Shown: positions 37,525-46,996, numbered from the stretch's first letter. The stretch: DNA of 64,000 bases from Candidatus Eiseniibacteriota bacterium (GCA_963724515.1 CAVRUU010000003.1:315319-379318), one strand, 5' to 3'. Numbers and translations: made by a program. The notes: a model not told the origin generated them from the letters alone.

Positions 37525-38838
37525 CTACGACTCGATCAGATGCGGCGTGATGAAGATCATGAGATCCACCTTCTGCTTCGAGATGGTCTTGTGGCGGAAC
37601 AGGAACTTGAGAAGGGGGATGTCCCCGAGGATCGGCACCTTTCGCTCGGTCATCATGTCGACCGAGCGGATGAGCCCGCCGATCATCACCGTCTCGCCGC
37701 TCCTCACCTGCACCTGGGTCATGGCGGAGCGGGTCGACGTGACCGGGCGCTCGTTGAATTGCCCCCGGTACTCGACGATCTCGCTGATCTCGGGATTGAC
37801 GGCGAGGATCATCGTGCTGTCGGGGCCCACGTGAGGCGTCACCAGAAGGCGCACGCCGACCTTCTTCTCATCGTAACCGGAGAGCTGGAGCGCTCCCGTC
37901 TGCTCGGCATGCTCGTAAAGCGCGATCGGAACGACGGTGCCCACGATGATCTCCGCCTCCTGATTGTCGAGCGTCGTGATCTTCGGCGCGGACACCAGGT
38001 TCGTGCTCGAGGATTGACGCAATATGTCCAGCGCGACGCGGAACTCCTCGAAGGAGAGCTTCCCGAAGACGTAGTCCTCGGGAATCGAGTACGGGAACGT
38101 CTGGCCGGGAGGGAACGCGGGGCCGCCGCCGCCCACCTGGGTGTTCGGATTCGGGGTCGCGGTGAAATCACCCGATCCCTGCGACTTCGGAAACGGAAAC
38201 GTGGTCGGCAGCGTTGCGCCGGTCGCGCTGGCGCGGAGCTGCCAGTCCACGCCGAGCTTCTCCTCCTGCCCGAGCGTCGTCTCCACGAGCTTGGCCTCGA
38301 TCGCGATCAGCCTGGGCTTCAGGTCCATCTCGGAGATCACACGCGCGACCTGCGCCAGGCGGGCGGACGTGTCGGTGACGATGAGCGCGTTCGCGAGCGC
38401 GTTCGAGCGCGGCGAAGGGCTCTCCTTCGAGCGGCCGTAGTAGGGCTGCGCCTGGCCCTGGGGCCCCAGCATCTTGCTCACGGCCTGGGCCGCCGACGCG
38501 GAGTCGAGGTACCGCAGCGGGAACACCCGGGTCTGAAGGCCCACCGGATTCACGACGAGCACGCCGTCTTGAAGGGTGTACTCGCAGCCGGTCGCCTCGG
38601 ACACGGTCTGCATCGCCTGCTCCACCGTCACGTCGGTGAGATTCGCCGTGAGGGTCCCCGTCGCGTTCTTGCCGATCACGACGTTCAGCCCGAACTGGCT
38701 CGCGATGAGCCGGATCGCGTCCTGCACGCGCGCGTCCTTGAAATTGAACGATGCGCGGGCGCCCTGCACCGGTGCGGCGGGCGCCGGAACCGCGCTCAAG
38801 CTCCACACCAGTCCCAGCATGACGACAATCCGTTTCAT
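37525..38838 (-). CDS. Secretin (PilQ/GspD/MshL-like)
   Basis: Signal peptide, STN-like N-domain, N3 domain (NALIVTD), SAPKITTLDNQEAEI, GETVMIGGL, KVPILGDIP and LMIFITP. Confidence 0.93.
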   Translation of the reverse strand: MKRIVVMLGLVWSLSAVPAPAAPVQGARASFNFKDARVQDAIRLIASQFGLNVVIGKNATGTLTANLTDVTVEQAMQTVSEATGCEYTLQDGVLVVNPVGLQTRVFPLRYLDSASAAQAVSKMLGPQGQAQPYYGRSKESPSPRSNALANALIVTDTSARLAQVARVISEMDLKPRLIAIEAKLVETTLGQEEKLGVDWQLRASATGATLPTTFPFPKSQGSGDFTATPNPNTQVGGGGPAFPPGQTFPYSIPEDYVFGKLSFEEFRVALDILRQSSSTNLVSAPKITTLDNQEAEIIVGTVVPIALYEHAEQTGALQLSGYDEKKVGVRLLVTPHVGPDSTMILAVNPEISEIVEYRGQFNERPVTSTRSAMTQVQVRSGETVMIGGLIRSVDMMTERKVPILGDIPLLKFLFRHKTISKQKVDLMIFITPHLIES

Positions 38839-39341
38839 CCCCCGTCTCCTTTGAGCGTGAGCGTCGTGACCGTTCCATGGTCGAGAAGCATCACGGCCTT
38901 CCGTCCGATCTGGATCACCTCGCGAGCCCCGATTCGCTGCCCTTCACGATAGATGTCTCCGTTGATGAGCGCCGTCCGGCCCATCGGACCTTCCATGATC
39001 CCCTGAAGGTAGAGGCCGGTCGTCGCTGCCGCCGCGGCCGTCCGCGCGATCGGTCTCACCGAGCCCATGGACTCCTTGCCGTCCAGGACTCTCCGTTCGA
39101 ACGGATCGCTGCCCCAGCCCGCCGGAGTCGCCACGGCCCGCGTCCCGCTCCGCTCCGCGAGCCGCGCGGATGAAGGGGCCGCGATCGCCGGCGCGATCGT
39201 GACCGCGGGCATTTTCGCCCGGAGCTCGCGGCGCTTCACGTCGAGCGAATGGATCCAGAAGAGCATTGCCGCGAGAAAGCCGAGCAGCACGTAGGTCCGG
39301 ACATTCAGCCCCTTCTTCACCTGATCGCGGAACCAATCCAT
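38835..39341 (-). CDS. PilP/MshK/GspB-like membrane-anchored accessory protein
   Basis: N-terminal TM, 'SDPF' motif and LQGIM...ALING...REG...I; located between pilO and the secretin. Confidence 0.65.
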   Translation of the reverse strand: MDWFRDQVKKGLNVRTYVLLGFLAAMLFWIHSLDVKRRELRAKMPAVTIAPAIAAPSSARLAERSGTRAVATPAGWGSDPFERRVLDGKESMGSVRPIARTAAAAATTGLYLQGIMEGPMGRTALINGDIYREGQRIGAREVIQIGRKAVMLLDHGTVTTLTLKGDGG

Positions 39342-39348
39342 CAGCTCC

Positions 39349-39915
39349 TCAAGGCGTCCCGTACAGCCAGATGGACACGTCGGCTCCCAGCTCGGGGTAT
39401 TCCCCGCTGGTGAGGGACACGGATCGGACCACCACGAGCTGATCCATGGCCTCGACCTCGCTCAGGTACTCCCCCAGATCGCGGTATTTCGCCTCGAGGT
39501 GGAATCGAAGCTCCGACCGCATGTAGGTCATCGGATTCCCGGCTGCGTCGGAAACCGTCTCCTGCATGAGCGCCCCCGCGGGCTGGATCAACTCGGTCCT
39601 CACCTTGTGCCGGTCCGCCAGCGGAACGATCGAGCGCAGAAAGCCGGCCACCATGTCCTGGGCCGGGAGGGCCTTCCGCGTGTGAAAGGTCCAGACGTCC
39701 TGGCCCGGATGGGCAGAGGCCCATCCGTCCATCTCACGAACGCCGGACTCGAGATCCTTGAGCTCCATGTGGAGCCGCTCCTCGCTCACGCGCAGCGCCT
39801 TGACCTCGCGAGCGCGCGGCTCGACGTAGACCGTTCTGACGATGCCGACCGAGACCACGAACGTGGCGACGATCACCGCGTGGCCCATCATCGGATGCCG
39901 GAGCGATAAGTTCAT
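39349..39915 (-). CDS. pilO: PilO/MshJ-like protein
   Basis: TM plus coiled coil, then 'YRDLGEYLSEVE...LVVV'; position after pilMN. Confidence 0.75.
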   Translation of the reverse strand: MNLSLRHPMMGHAVIVATFVVSVGIVRTVYVEPRAREVKALRVSEERLHMELKDLESGVREMDGWASAHPGQDVWTFHTRKALPAQDMVAGFLRSIVPLADRHKVRTELIQPAGALMQETVSDAAGNPMTYMRSELRFHLEAKYRDLGEYLSEVEAMDQLVVVRSVSLTSGEYPELGADVSIWLYGTP

Positions 39916-39925
39916 CGTCCGCCCC

Positions 39926-41671
39926 CTACTCCGCGATCCCAGCCGTCATGACGAAGCTGCTCACCGACGCGGTCACCGCCTGGCATCCCTCGAGATGGAC
40001 CTGCCCGAGCACGGGCGAGCGCTCGAGCGATTGCATCAGCTCCCCCACCACGTCCTCCGGCCTTCGGTCCCGCGTGCGAAGGAGCCCGGTGAGGCGGATC
40101 TGCCTCATGGGCCGCTCCACCGCCGCCCCCGGCGAGGATGCCGCCGCCTGCGGCTCGATCACCTCCAGCGTCGTGAGCCTCACGTCCGGACCGATCCGGT
40201 GACTCAGGTCGCGTAACGCGTACGACCAGAGCACCTGGCCGCCCGTCAGGTGCGCGAGCAGGTCGTGGAGCCGCGTCTCCTCTTCCCTCACGGCCCGGAA
40301 CCTCCGCACCGCTTCCGCCTTCGGCGCCAGGTCCGCCAGGTTCGCCTTCAGGCCGTCGATGCGGCGCCGCTCGGTCAAGACGCCCATGTGGGACGGAAGC
40401 GCCACCGAGATCAGGAGCACCGCGGCAGCGGCCGCCGCGACCCGCTGGGGGACCGCCTCCGCCAGCCGGTACGGAACCCCCGCGCCCGCCGGGATCACGA
40501 AATTCAGCGCGGCGCGCTCGGTCAACGCGAGCGCAAGACCCAGCTCCGACGGCGGAGCCGTGCCCGCCGGCGCCCCGGACTGTGAATGCCGCAATGCCTC
40601 CGTGATGCTTTCTGCAAGATCGGCCCGAACGACCGGTATCTTGAGAACGCCGGTCAGATACTCCGCCAGGTTCCGGACGCGCGATCCCGAGCCCAGGAGG
40701 ACCAGCCGGCTCACCGCCTCCCCCTGGAACTGCTCGTTGCAGTAGTCGAACGAGTTCCAGAGCTCGCGCGCGAGCCGTTCGAGGATGGGGCGAAGCATGA
40801 TCGAGACGGCGGAGAGTGGGATGCGCCCCGCAAGGGCTGCTTCCTCGGTGCCCAGGGGGATTCCGTGCGCTTTCTTCAGCGCCTCCGCCTCGTCGAACGA
40901 GAGCTCGACCGTTCCCTGTCCCGGGACGACGATGGCGCGCAGGGCGTCGGTGAGGGTCGCGCCCCCTACGCCGAACTCGCGGGAGAAGCGGACGTCGTTC
41001 CCCTTGAGCACGGTGATGTAGGTATTCGTCCCCCCGATGTCCAGGTAGCCGACGACCTCGTCCGAGGGCACGGCCTCGCTGGCCCGGACCAGCGCCCGCA
41101 GGGCGACCGGCCTGGTGGTGAGGAGCGCCGGGCGGAGCCCCGACTCTTGTAGCACTTCCAGAACCTCGTCGAGTCTGCGCCGGTGCGCGACGCAGACGCT
41201 GAGCAAGAGCTCCGGGTTTCCCGTCCGGTCCGACCGGCCCACGACCTCGTAGCGGATCTCCGAATCCTCGATCGGGAAATTCACGCTCTTCCGGCATTCG
41301 AGCGCGAGCGCGGCCATGATGTCCGACCGGCTCATCTCGGGGAGCGCCATCCTCCGGACGATCACCTCGTTCCCCGAAACGACCGCCGCCGCGGGCTTCC
41401 CATTCAGAGAAAGCTCGTGGACCAGGTCGCGGAGCGCGCCGCGAAGGGCCGTCCGCCGGTCCGCCGGCTTGAACTCGGTGTTGGGAAGGAGGCGCTCGGC
41501 GCTCCGGACGCGCGCGATCCGGCCCCCGCGCTTCACCACGTGGACCACGCGGACCGCGCGATCGCTCAGGTCCACGCCCACGAGCTCCGGCCAAGAGGAG
41601 GCGGACGGGCGGGAGCCCGGAAGGAGGGCTTTGAGGCCCGAATACCAGGATCTCTTCACGACTTGGTCCAT
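39926..41671 (-). CDS. PilM-PilN fusion protein
   Basis: Actin-like PilM motifs (GVDLS, LDIGG...T, GGATLT, LLGSGS), then 'LNF' + TM + coiled coil + PilN-like 'LTG...LERSP'. Confidence 0.8.
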   Translation of the reverse strand: MDQVVKRSWYSGLKALLPGSRPSASSWPELVGVDLSDRAVRVVHVVKRGGRIARVRSAERLLPNTEFKPADRRTALRGALRDLVHELSLNGKPAAAVVSGNEVIVRRMALPEMSRSDIMAALALECRKSVNFPIEDSEIRYEVVGRSDRTGNPELLLSVCVAHRRRLDEVLEVLQESGLRPALLTTRPVALRALVRASEAVPSDEVVGYLDIGGTNTYITVLKGNDVRFSREFGVGGATLTDALRAIVVPGQGTVELSFDEAEALKKAHGIPLGTEEAALAGRIPLSAVSIMLRPILERLARELWNSFDYCNEQFQGEAVSRLVLLGSGSRVRNLAEYLTGVLKIPVVRADLAESITEALRHSQSGAPAGTAPPSELGLALALTERAALNFVIPAGAGVPYRLAEAVPQRVAAAAAAVLLISVALPSHMGVLTERRRIDGLKANLADLAPKAEAVRRFRAVREEETRLHDLLAHLTGGQVLWSYALRDLSHRIGPDVRLTTLEVIEPQAAASSPGAAVERPMRQIRLTGLLRTRDRRPEDVVGELMQSLERSPVLGQVHLEGCQAVTASVSSFVMTAGIAE

Positions 41672-41674
41672 TTC

Positions 41675-43120
41675 CTATGTCCTCGTCTCGACCCACGCGA
41701 CGACGGCGAACTTTCCCGTGACCTTGCGGATCTTGTCGTTGGTCCGATCCCCGATGTAATACGGGCCGGTCGTGGTGACGGCGATTCCGCGGGGCGAATT
41801 GAGCTGGGCCGCGGTCCCCAGCCCGCCGTCCCCGGTGGTGCCGGCAGTGCCGATCCCGACGATCGTGGTGATCGTCCCGGACGCCGCCACGAGACGGATC
41901 CGGTGGTTCGCCGTGTCCGCGATGTAGAGATCCCCTGCCAAGTCCATGTCGACCGCCTCGGGGGCGTTGAGCCGGGCCGAGGTGGCCGGGCCGCCGTCTC
42001 CCAGGTATCCGCCCGTGCCGTTTCCCGCATAGGTCGTGATGATCCCCGTCGCCGCCGCCACCTTGCGGATCACGTCGTTTCCGGTGTCCGCGATGTAGAC
42101 GTCGCCGTTCGAGGCGACGTGGACCCCCTCCGGGGTCCTGAGCCTCGCGGAGGTGGCGGCGCCCCCGTCCCCCAGGTAGCCCGCCGTGCCGGTGCCCGCG
42201 TAGGTCGAGATGATCCCCGTCGAGACCGTCACCATGCGGATCTTGTCGCTGGGGCGGTCGGCGATGTAGAAGTCCCCGTTCGAGGCGATCGCGATGCCTC
42301 GTGGGGAGGCGAGCCGCGCCGCGGTCGCGGCACCGCCGTCACCGGTCGAGCCCGAGGTGCCGGTCCCGGCGACGGTCGTGATGATGCCCGTCGCCGCCGT
42401 GACCTTCCGGATCACGCTGTTGCCGCTGTCGGCGATGTAGAGGTCTCCGTTGGACGCCACGGCGACATCCTCGGGAGCGTTGAGCCGGGCCAAGGTGGCT
42501 GCACCCCCGTCTCCCAGGTATCCACCCGTGCCGTTTCCCGCATAGGTCGTGATGATCCCCGTCGCCGCCGCCACCTTGCGGATCACGTCGTTTCCGGTGT
42601 CCGCGATGTAGATGTCGCCGTTCGAGGTGACATGGACCCCCTGCGGGGTCCTGAGTCTTGCGGAGGTGGCAGCACCCCCGTCCCCCAGGTAGCCCGCCGT
42701 GCCGGTGCCCGCGTAGGTCGAGATGAGCCCCCCGGAGACATGCACCTGGATCGACCGCGTCGTGGTTCCAGCGACTCCGGTGGAGATGACCCGCTTTCTG
42801 CCTGCCGGAAGCGCGGCCCCGGTCTCGTCGACCGCGTCGGGAGGAGCGATCCAGAAGGACCCCGCGCCGACATTCTTTCCGGGCGACGCGAGCCCGCCCC
42901 AGGACCAGTTGGCCGAGAGCTTGACGATGGCGTACTCGATCCCGCCGTGCGCGGCGTAGAACGCCTGGTTTTCCTTCACCTGCATGACCGAGAGGTCGGA
43001 GTCCTCGACCACCATCGACACCATCGCGATCCCGAGCGTGAGAAGGATCAGGATCGAGAACACCACGAGCACGACCGAGAAACCGGCCTCGGACCGCACC
43101 CGCGCCGGCCGGAGGCTCAC
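41675..43120 (-). CDS. PilX-like minor pilin fused to an NHL-repeat beta-propeller
   Basis: GTG 43120 overlaps the upstream stop; AG|FSVVLVVF (no Glu5) and QAFYAAHGGIEYA (PilX N-terminus); six ~57-aa repeats 'GDGGAATxARL..P.GV....GD.YIADT.N..IRKV'. Confidence 0.85.
   Translation of the reverse strand: MSLRPARVRSEAGFSVVLVVFSILILLTLGIAMVSMVVEDSDLSVMQVKENQAFYAAHGGIEYAIVKLSANWSWGGLASPGKNVGAGSFWIAPPDAVDETGAALPAGRKRVISTGVAGTTTRSIQVHVSGGLISTYAGTGTAGYLGDGGAATSARLRTPQGVHVTSNGDIYIADTGNDVIRKVAAATGIITTYAGNGTGGYLGDGGAATLARLNAPEDVAVASNGDLYIADSGNSVIRKVTAATGIITTVAGTGTSGSTGDGGAATAARLASPRGIAIASNGDFYIADRPSDKIRMVTVSTGIISTYAGTGTAGYLGDGGAATSARLRTPEGVHVASNGDVYIADTGNDVIRKVAAATGIITTYAGNGTGGYLGDGGPATSARLNAPEAVDMDLAGDLYIADTANHRIRLVAASGTITTIVGIGTAGTTGDGGLGTAAQLNSPRGIAVTTTGPYYIGDRTNDKIRKVTGKFAVVAWVETRT
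41965..42726 (-). repeat. Internal duplication within the NHL array (two ~250-bp copies, offset 513 bp)
   Basis: About 41965-42213 and 42478-42726 are near identical at DNA level. Confidence 0.85.
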
Positions 43121-43656
43121 AGCGACCTCACGAACACGGAGCCGAACGAGGCCACCGTCTGGGAACCCTTGATCAGCCTCATGTAGAGGGTGACCCGCCA
43201 GATGTCGGTCGCGGACGGCGAAAGGACGGGCGCCGCCGGCGTGCCGTCCTGCTTCCAGTATCGGAACGAGAGGGAGTCCACGCCCTTCGCGAGGGTCTGG
43301 GAGGATCCGCCCTTCGTGTAGAGGAGATCCGCGCCGGAGACCCCACTCCACGAGAAGCTCACGGTCGCATTCCCCCGGTCGACGAAGGTGAGGGTGGTCC
43401 CGCTCGCCGCGCTGATGCTCGTCGAGTCCTTCACCCGCTTGAGCTCCCGCCCGACGCGCTCCTCTGCGTAGCGAACGTCTCCCAGCATGTCCTTCTCCGC
43501 GTCCATGAACTGGTAGGTCTTGACCGCCTCGATGAACATCGAGGAGAACGTGATCGCCACGATCGAGGCGACCACGATCACGATCAGGAGCTCGGGCAGC
43601 GTGAAGCCCTTCTCCCTCCCGGGCCGCGGGCGAGGCGTCAGTAGCTCGTGAACCAT
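43117..43656 (-). CDS. Minor pilin (PilW/GspJ/MshO-like)
   Basis: Class III signal KG|FTLPELLIVIVV. Confidence 0.88.
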   Translation of the reverse strand: MVHELLTPRPRPGREKGFTLPELLIVIVVASIVAITFSSMFIEAVKTYQFMDAEKDMLGDVRYAEERVGRELKRVKDSTSISAASGTTLTFVDRGNATVSFSWSGVSGADLLYTKGGSSQTLAKGVDSLSFRYWKQDGTPAAPVLSPSATDIWRVTLYMRLIKGSQTVASFGSVFVRSL

Positions 43657-44045
43657 GTCGTCAGCGTCACGGCTGGAATGTTGGGACAGGACACCGTCAC
43701 CCCCACGGTTCGGAACGTGACCCCGTCGTAGGTCGAGTCGGGACCGAACGTGACCGACCGGTTGTATGCGGAGAATGCGGGCACCGGATTCTCGGCCGGG
43801 TAGTTCCCGGTAACGAGGTACGCGAATCCACGCGCGGGCGAATTCTTGTCCGCGGTCAGCTCCTCCATCTTCGCCTGCGCGAGCTGAGCGGCGATCGTCG
43901 CGTTCCGCGCGTCCCCGGAACGGATCGACGTGTTCGCGAAGAGCATGCTGAGCGGGAGGACCGCGATCGCGGCGATCACGATGAGCAGGATCATCTCGAT
44001 CAGGGTGAAGCCGGACTGCTCGCGGCCCCCGGTGCGCGCGATCAT
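43638..44045 (-). CDS. Minor pilin (PilV/GspI/MshD-like)
   Basis: ATG 44045 (ATGA overlap); SG|FTLIEMILLIVI and AAQLAQAKMEE. Confidence 0.88.
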   Translation of the reverse strand: MIARTGGREQSGFTLIEMILLIVIAAIAVLPLSMLFANTSIRSGDARNATIAAQLAQAKMEELTADKNSPARGFAYLVTGNYPAENPVPAFSAYNRSVTFGPDSTYDGVTFRTVGVTVSCPNIPAVTLTTWFTSY

Positions 44046-44542
44046 CGGGTCGTCACCATTCCGGTCTGTGGCGCGACGATCACGGTATCGGTCGCGCCCT
44101 GGTAGCTCAGCACGATCTGTCCCGCCGTCGTGAGGTCCAAGCCAGCCGTGTCGCGCGGCACGCCGAAGTAATCGAAGGTCACGCCCGGGGTCGTCCCGAA
44201 CGTGGCCGACTGGATCAGGACTCCCTGGAACTCGGTGCGAGACGTGTAGTTCACGATCATCGTTCTCGCCCGATCGGCCGGATCGGTGATGGGGCTGGCC
44301 GCGTTGGGCGCGAAGACCGTGTACTTCTCCAGCGCCGGGTCGAAGAGGATCCCGTGGATGATCCGCCGGCTCATCGCCAGGCTCTGCGCATAGCGCAGGT
44401 CGGCCGCCAGGCGGCGGGCGGCGGCGTCGAGCTTGATCTCGTCCATCGCGGCCACCTTGGGATACGCGAGCCAGCTCACGATCCCGAGGATGGACATGAT
44501 CACGAGCAGCTCGGTGAGCGTGAATCCGCGCGCGCCCATCAT
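44042..44542 (-). CDS. Minor pilin (FimT/GspH/MshC-like)
   Basis: ATG 44542 (ATGA overlap); RG|FTLTELLVIM, LAADLRYAQSLA, TFDYFGVP and C-terminal TG.V. Confidence 0.88.
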   Translation of the reverse strand: MMGARGFTLTELLVIMSILGIVSWLAYPKVAAMDEIKLDAAARRLAADLRYAQSLAMSRRIIHGILFDPALEKYTVFAPNAASPITDPADRARTMIVNYTSRTEFQGVLIQSATFGTTPGVTFDYFGVPRDTAGLDLTTAGQIVLSYQGATDTVIVAPQTGMVTTR

Positions 44543-46515
44543 CCTCTCGCCTCCCAGTACCTGGCACGGGACCGATCGCCGGCGAGCGACCATGCGCGGG
44601 CGGCGTTCGCCGCAAATGGCGCCGAAGGCTTGATGCGGTACGCGCGCTCGAAGTAGAAGGCGGCGTCCCGGTAGCGACCGGCCACGGCAAAGAGCACCGC
44701 GAGCCTCGCCGAGGGCTCGGGGTCATAGGGCGCGAGCTTCAGCGCCGCGAGCAGCTCGGCGAGCGTGACCTCGGGTTTTCCCGCGGCCGCGGCGGCCACC
44801 GCGAGGTTCATCCGCGCGCTGGGGAAATCGAACCCGACCCGCGCTGCGTCGTCGAACCACGCGAACGCGGCCTGGCGCCGGTCCGCTTCCCACAGGGCCT
44901 GCGCGCGTACCGCGGAGTAGGTGATCGCGAGCTTCCGCGTCACGTAGTCGTAGCGCTCCGGTCCGCCGGGAAGGAGCTCGGTGCTGCGTGGCCATCCGCC
45001 GGCAGCCGCGTTCGAAGCCGCATGCGCGACATCGGCGCCCGCGAGGAGCGCCCGGTACACGAGCCCCTCGTTCACGAATTTCACTCCCGCCTCGGCCATG
45101 TCGGCGGGCGGCGAGGTGTAGTAGACCGGGGCGCTCGAATTCCGGAGCCGCTCCATGTCGACCTTGTGCTGGATCTCGGACCACTTCGAGCGCGGCACGC
45201 CCCGCAGCCCGTAGCGGTCTCCGAAGACGTGCCCGCGGCGGTTCACGAGGTCGAGATCCGCGCGGAAGGCCTCGACACGCGAGAGGTAGGCGGTCACGAA
45301 GGTCTCATTGTCCCCGTCCACGACGAGCGTGGCGCCGCGAGGGAGCGCGGACATGAGATCGCGGCCGTAGCGTTCCGGAAGCCGGAACCCGCGCCGGTCG
45401 CAAAGTCCATAGTGGAGCGAGCAGGTGACGAGAAGCGCCAGGGCGCAAACCGCGGCGAGCGGCGCGCGAGCGATCCTGGGCAGACGCCTCAGTCCGTCGC
45501 CGACCCCGGCCCCAGCCCAGAACGCCAGGACCGCGGCCACCGGAATCAGGAACGGCCCGACCTGCGCCAGATGCTCGGCGTCGGGCGTGAACGCGACGAG
45601 ACCGATGAGTGCCGCGGGGATCGTGAGTGCCGCGAACGTGAGCGGGAGGAGCGCCACGCGCGCGCGGCGGGACACGAAGACCCCGATGCCCGCAAGAGCG
45701 GTGCCGATCCCGCCGCACGAGGCGGCGATCAAGCCGGTCATGGCCACGACTTCGTCGGCGATGAGGTCCAGGCGGAAGCCGTTCTGGCGCAGGCCGCCGT
45801 AGTTCCGCCGGAGGAGGTTCTCCCACAGCCAAGCGGGATTCCGGTCGTGTCCCCAATCGAGCCACGGTCCGGCCCCGCTCCGGAGCGGCAATAGGAGCAC
45901 GAGAGAGAATCCAGCCATCGCCCACCCGAGCGCCTGGAGCGTCCTGACCCCGGTGGGCCGGCGGAGCAGCACCCAGACGCCGAGGACGAGCGCCGGAAAG
46001 AGGAGCGTTTGGTGCGTGAGAAGCGCCATCCCCGCGAGAAAGAAGAAGATCGCGTCGGCCCGGCCGCCCTCACTCCGCTTGGACCTCGCGCGCACGGCCG
46101 CGAGGGAGATCGCGAGGAACATGGTGGTCGCGAGCGAATAGACCTCGGCTTGCACCGCCGAGCTCCAGACGAGCGTCGACCCCCCGAAGATCAGGGTGGC
46201 GGCGATCCGGCCGGGGCGATTCAGGCCGCACCGCGCGGCAAGGCGGTAGAACAGCGCGACCGCGAGGGCGGAGAGGATTGCCGAGAGGGCGTTCACCTTG
46301 AGGGCGACGGAGCCCCACGGGAAGAGGTCCACGCCGCGCGCGAGGAGGAGCCACAGGGGATACCCCGGAGGGTGCGGAATTCCGAGCGTGTGCGCGGCGA
46401 GGATCAGCTCGCCGCTGTCACCCGCGCCGACCGAGGGCGAGAGCGTCAGGGCGTAGACCAACGCCGCGACCGAGGCTGCGACGAGGCTTCCTGCCCCGGC
46501 GCGGGTCCAACCCAT
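44539..46515 (-). CDS. DUF2723/TMEM260-like GT-C fold membrane glycosyltransferase with C-terminal TPRs
   Basis: PSVGAGDSGELILAAHTLGIPHPPGYPLW, AEVYSL, many TM helices, GDNETF and a TPR-like tail. Confidence 0.85.
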   Translation of the reverse strand: MGWTRAGAGSLVAASVAALVYALTLSPSVGAGDSGELILAAHTLGIPHPPGYPLWLLLARGVDLFPWGSVALKVNALSAILSALAVALFYRLAARCGLNRPGRIAATLIFGGSTLVWSSAVQAEVYSLATTMFLAISLAAVRARSKRSEGGRADAIFFFLAGMALLTHQTLLFPALVLGVWVLLRRPTGVRTLQALGWAMAGFSLVLLLPLRSGAGPWLDWGHDRNPAWLWENLLRRNYGGLRQNGFRLDLIADEVVAMTGLIAASCGGIGTALAGIGVFVSRRARVALLPLTFAALTIPAALIGLVAFTPDAEHLAQVGPFLIPVAAVLAFWAGAGVGDGLRRLPRIARAPLAAVCALALLVTCSLHYGLCDRRGFRLPERYGRDLMSALPRGATLVVDGDNETFVTAYLSRVEAFRADLDLVNRRGHVFGDRYGLRGVPRSKWSEIQHKVDMERLRNSSAPVYYTSPPADMAEAGVKFVNEGLVYRALLAGADVAHAASNAAAGGWPRSTELLPGGPERYDYVTRKLAITYSAVRAQALWEADRRQAAFAWFDDAARVGFDFPSARMNLAVAAAAAGKPEVTLAELLAALKLAPYDPEPSARLAVLFAVAGRYRDAAFYFERAYRIKPSAPFAANAARAWSLAGDRSRARYWEARG

Positions 46516-46549
46516 CGAGTCCCCCGATCTTCGGGTACTACCCCCGAAT

Positions 46550-46590
46550 GGCGGCCGAGGTGGGAGCGAATCGCCCCCACCTCGGCCGCC
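46550..46590. terminator. Strong GC-rich hairpin downstream of the major pilin gene
   Basis: GGCGGCCGAGGTGGG...CCCACCTCGGCCGCC (perfect 15-bp arms) with no U-tract. Confidence 0.6.
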
Positions 46591-46615
46591 TGCTTCCGTG
46601 TCCGTGAAACGTGGT

Positions 46616-46996
46616 CTAGTAGGACGAATACGCGTTCAGGTTGACCTTCACGATTCCGGTCGCCGCGATGTACTGCCAGCCTCCGGCGTTGTCGACGCCG
46701 GCCGTCGTCTTCACCGCGTTCGAGTTGTTGACCGGCTCCTTCGGGACGTTTCCGTCCGCGAAGATGGTCCCGTTCAGGGTTGGGAACGTGGCCGTACCGT
46801 TCAGGGCGTTGCGCGCGTACTGGATCGCGATCGCCGAGCGGATCGAGCCGAGCTGTCCCTTCATCGTGGCCACACGGGCCTGCTCACGCATGTCCTCGTA
46901 CTTCGGAATCGCGACCGCGGCCAGGATGCCGAGGATCACGATCACGATGACGAGTTCGATCAGCGTGAAACCGCTCTCCGAGCTTCTCCGATACAT
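46616..46996 (-). CDS. pilA: Major type IV pilin (MshA/PilA-like)
   Basis: SG|FTLIELVIVIVILGILAAVAIPKY; short, Cys-free globular domain; GGAGG RBS, own promoter motif and 3' hairpin. Confidence 0.88.
   Translation of the reverse strand: MYRRSSESGFTLIELVIVIVILGILAAVAIPKYEDMREQARVATMKGQLGSIRSAIAIQYARNALNGTATFPTLNGTIFADGNVPKEPVNNSNAVKTTAGVDNAGGWQYIAATGIVKVNLNAYSSY

Noticed and set aside
41965-42726. Near-identical repeat pairs here and in the giant protein as a DGR template/variable pair or a CRISPR array
   Set aside because: Both copies are in-frame coding repeats with mostly synonymous, non-adenine-specific differences. There is no reverse transcriptase, cas gene or repeat-spacer pattern.
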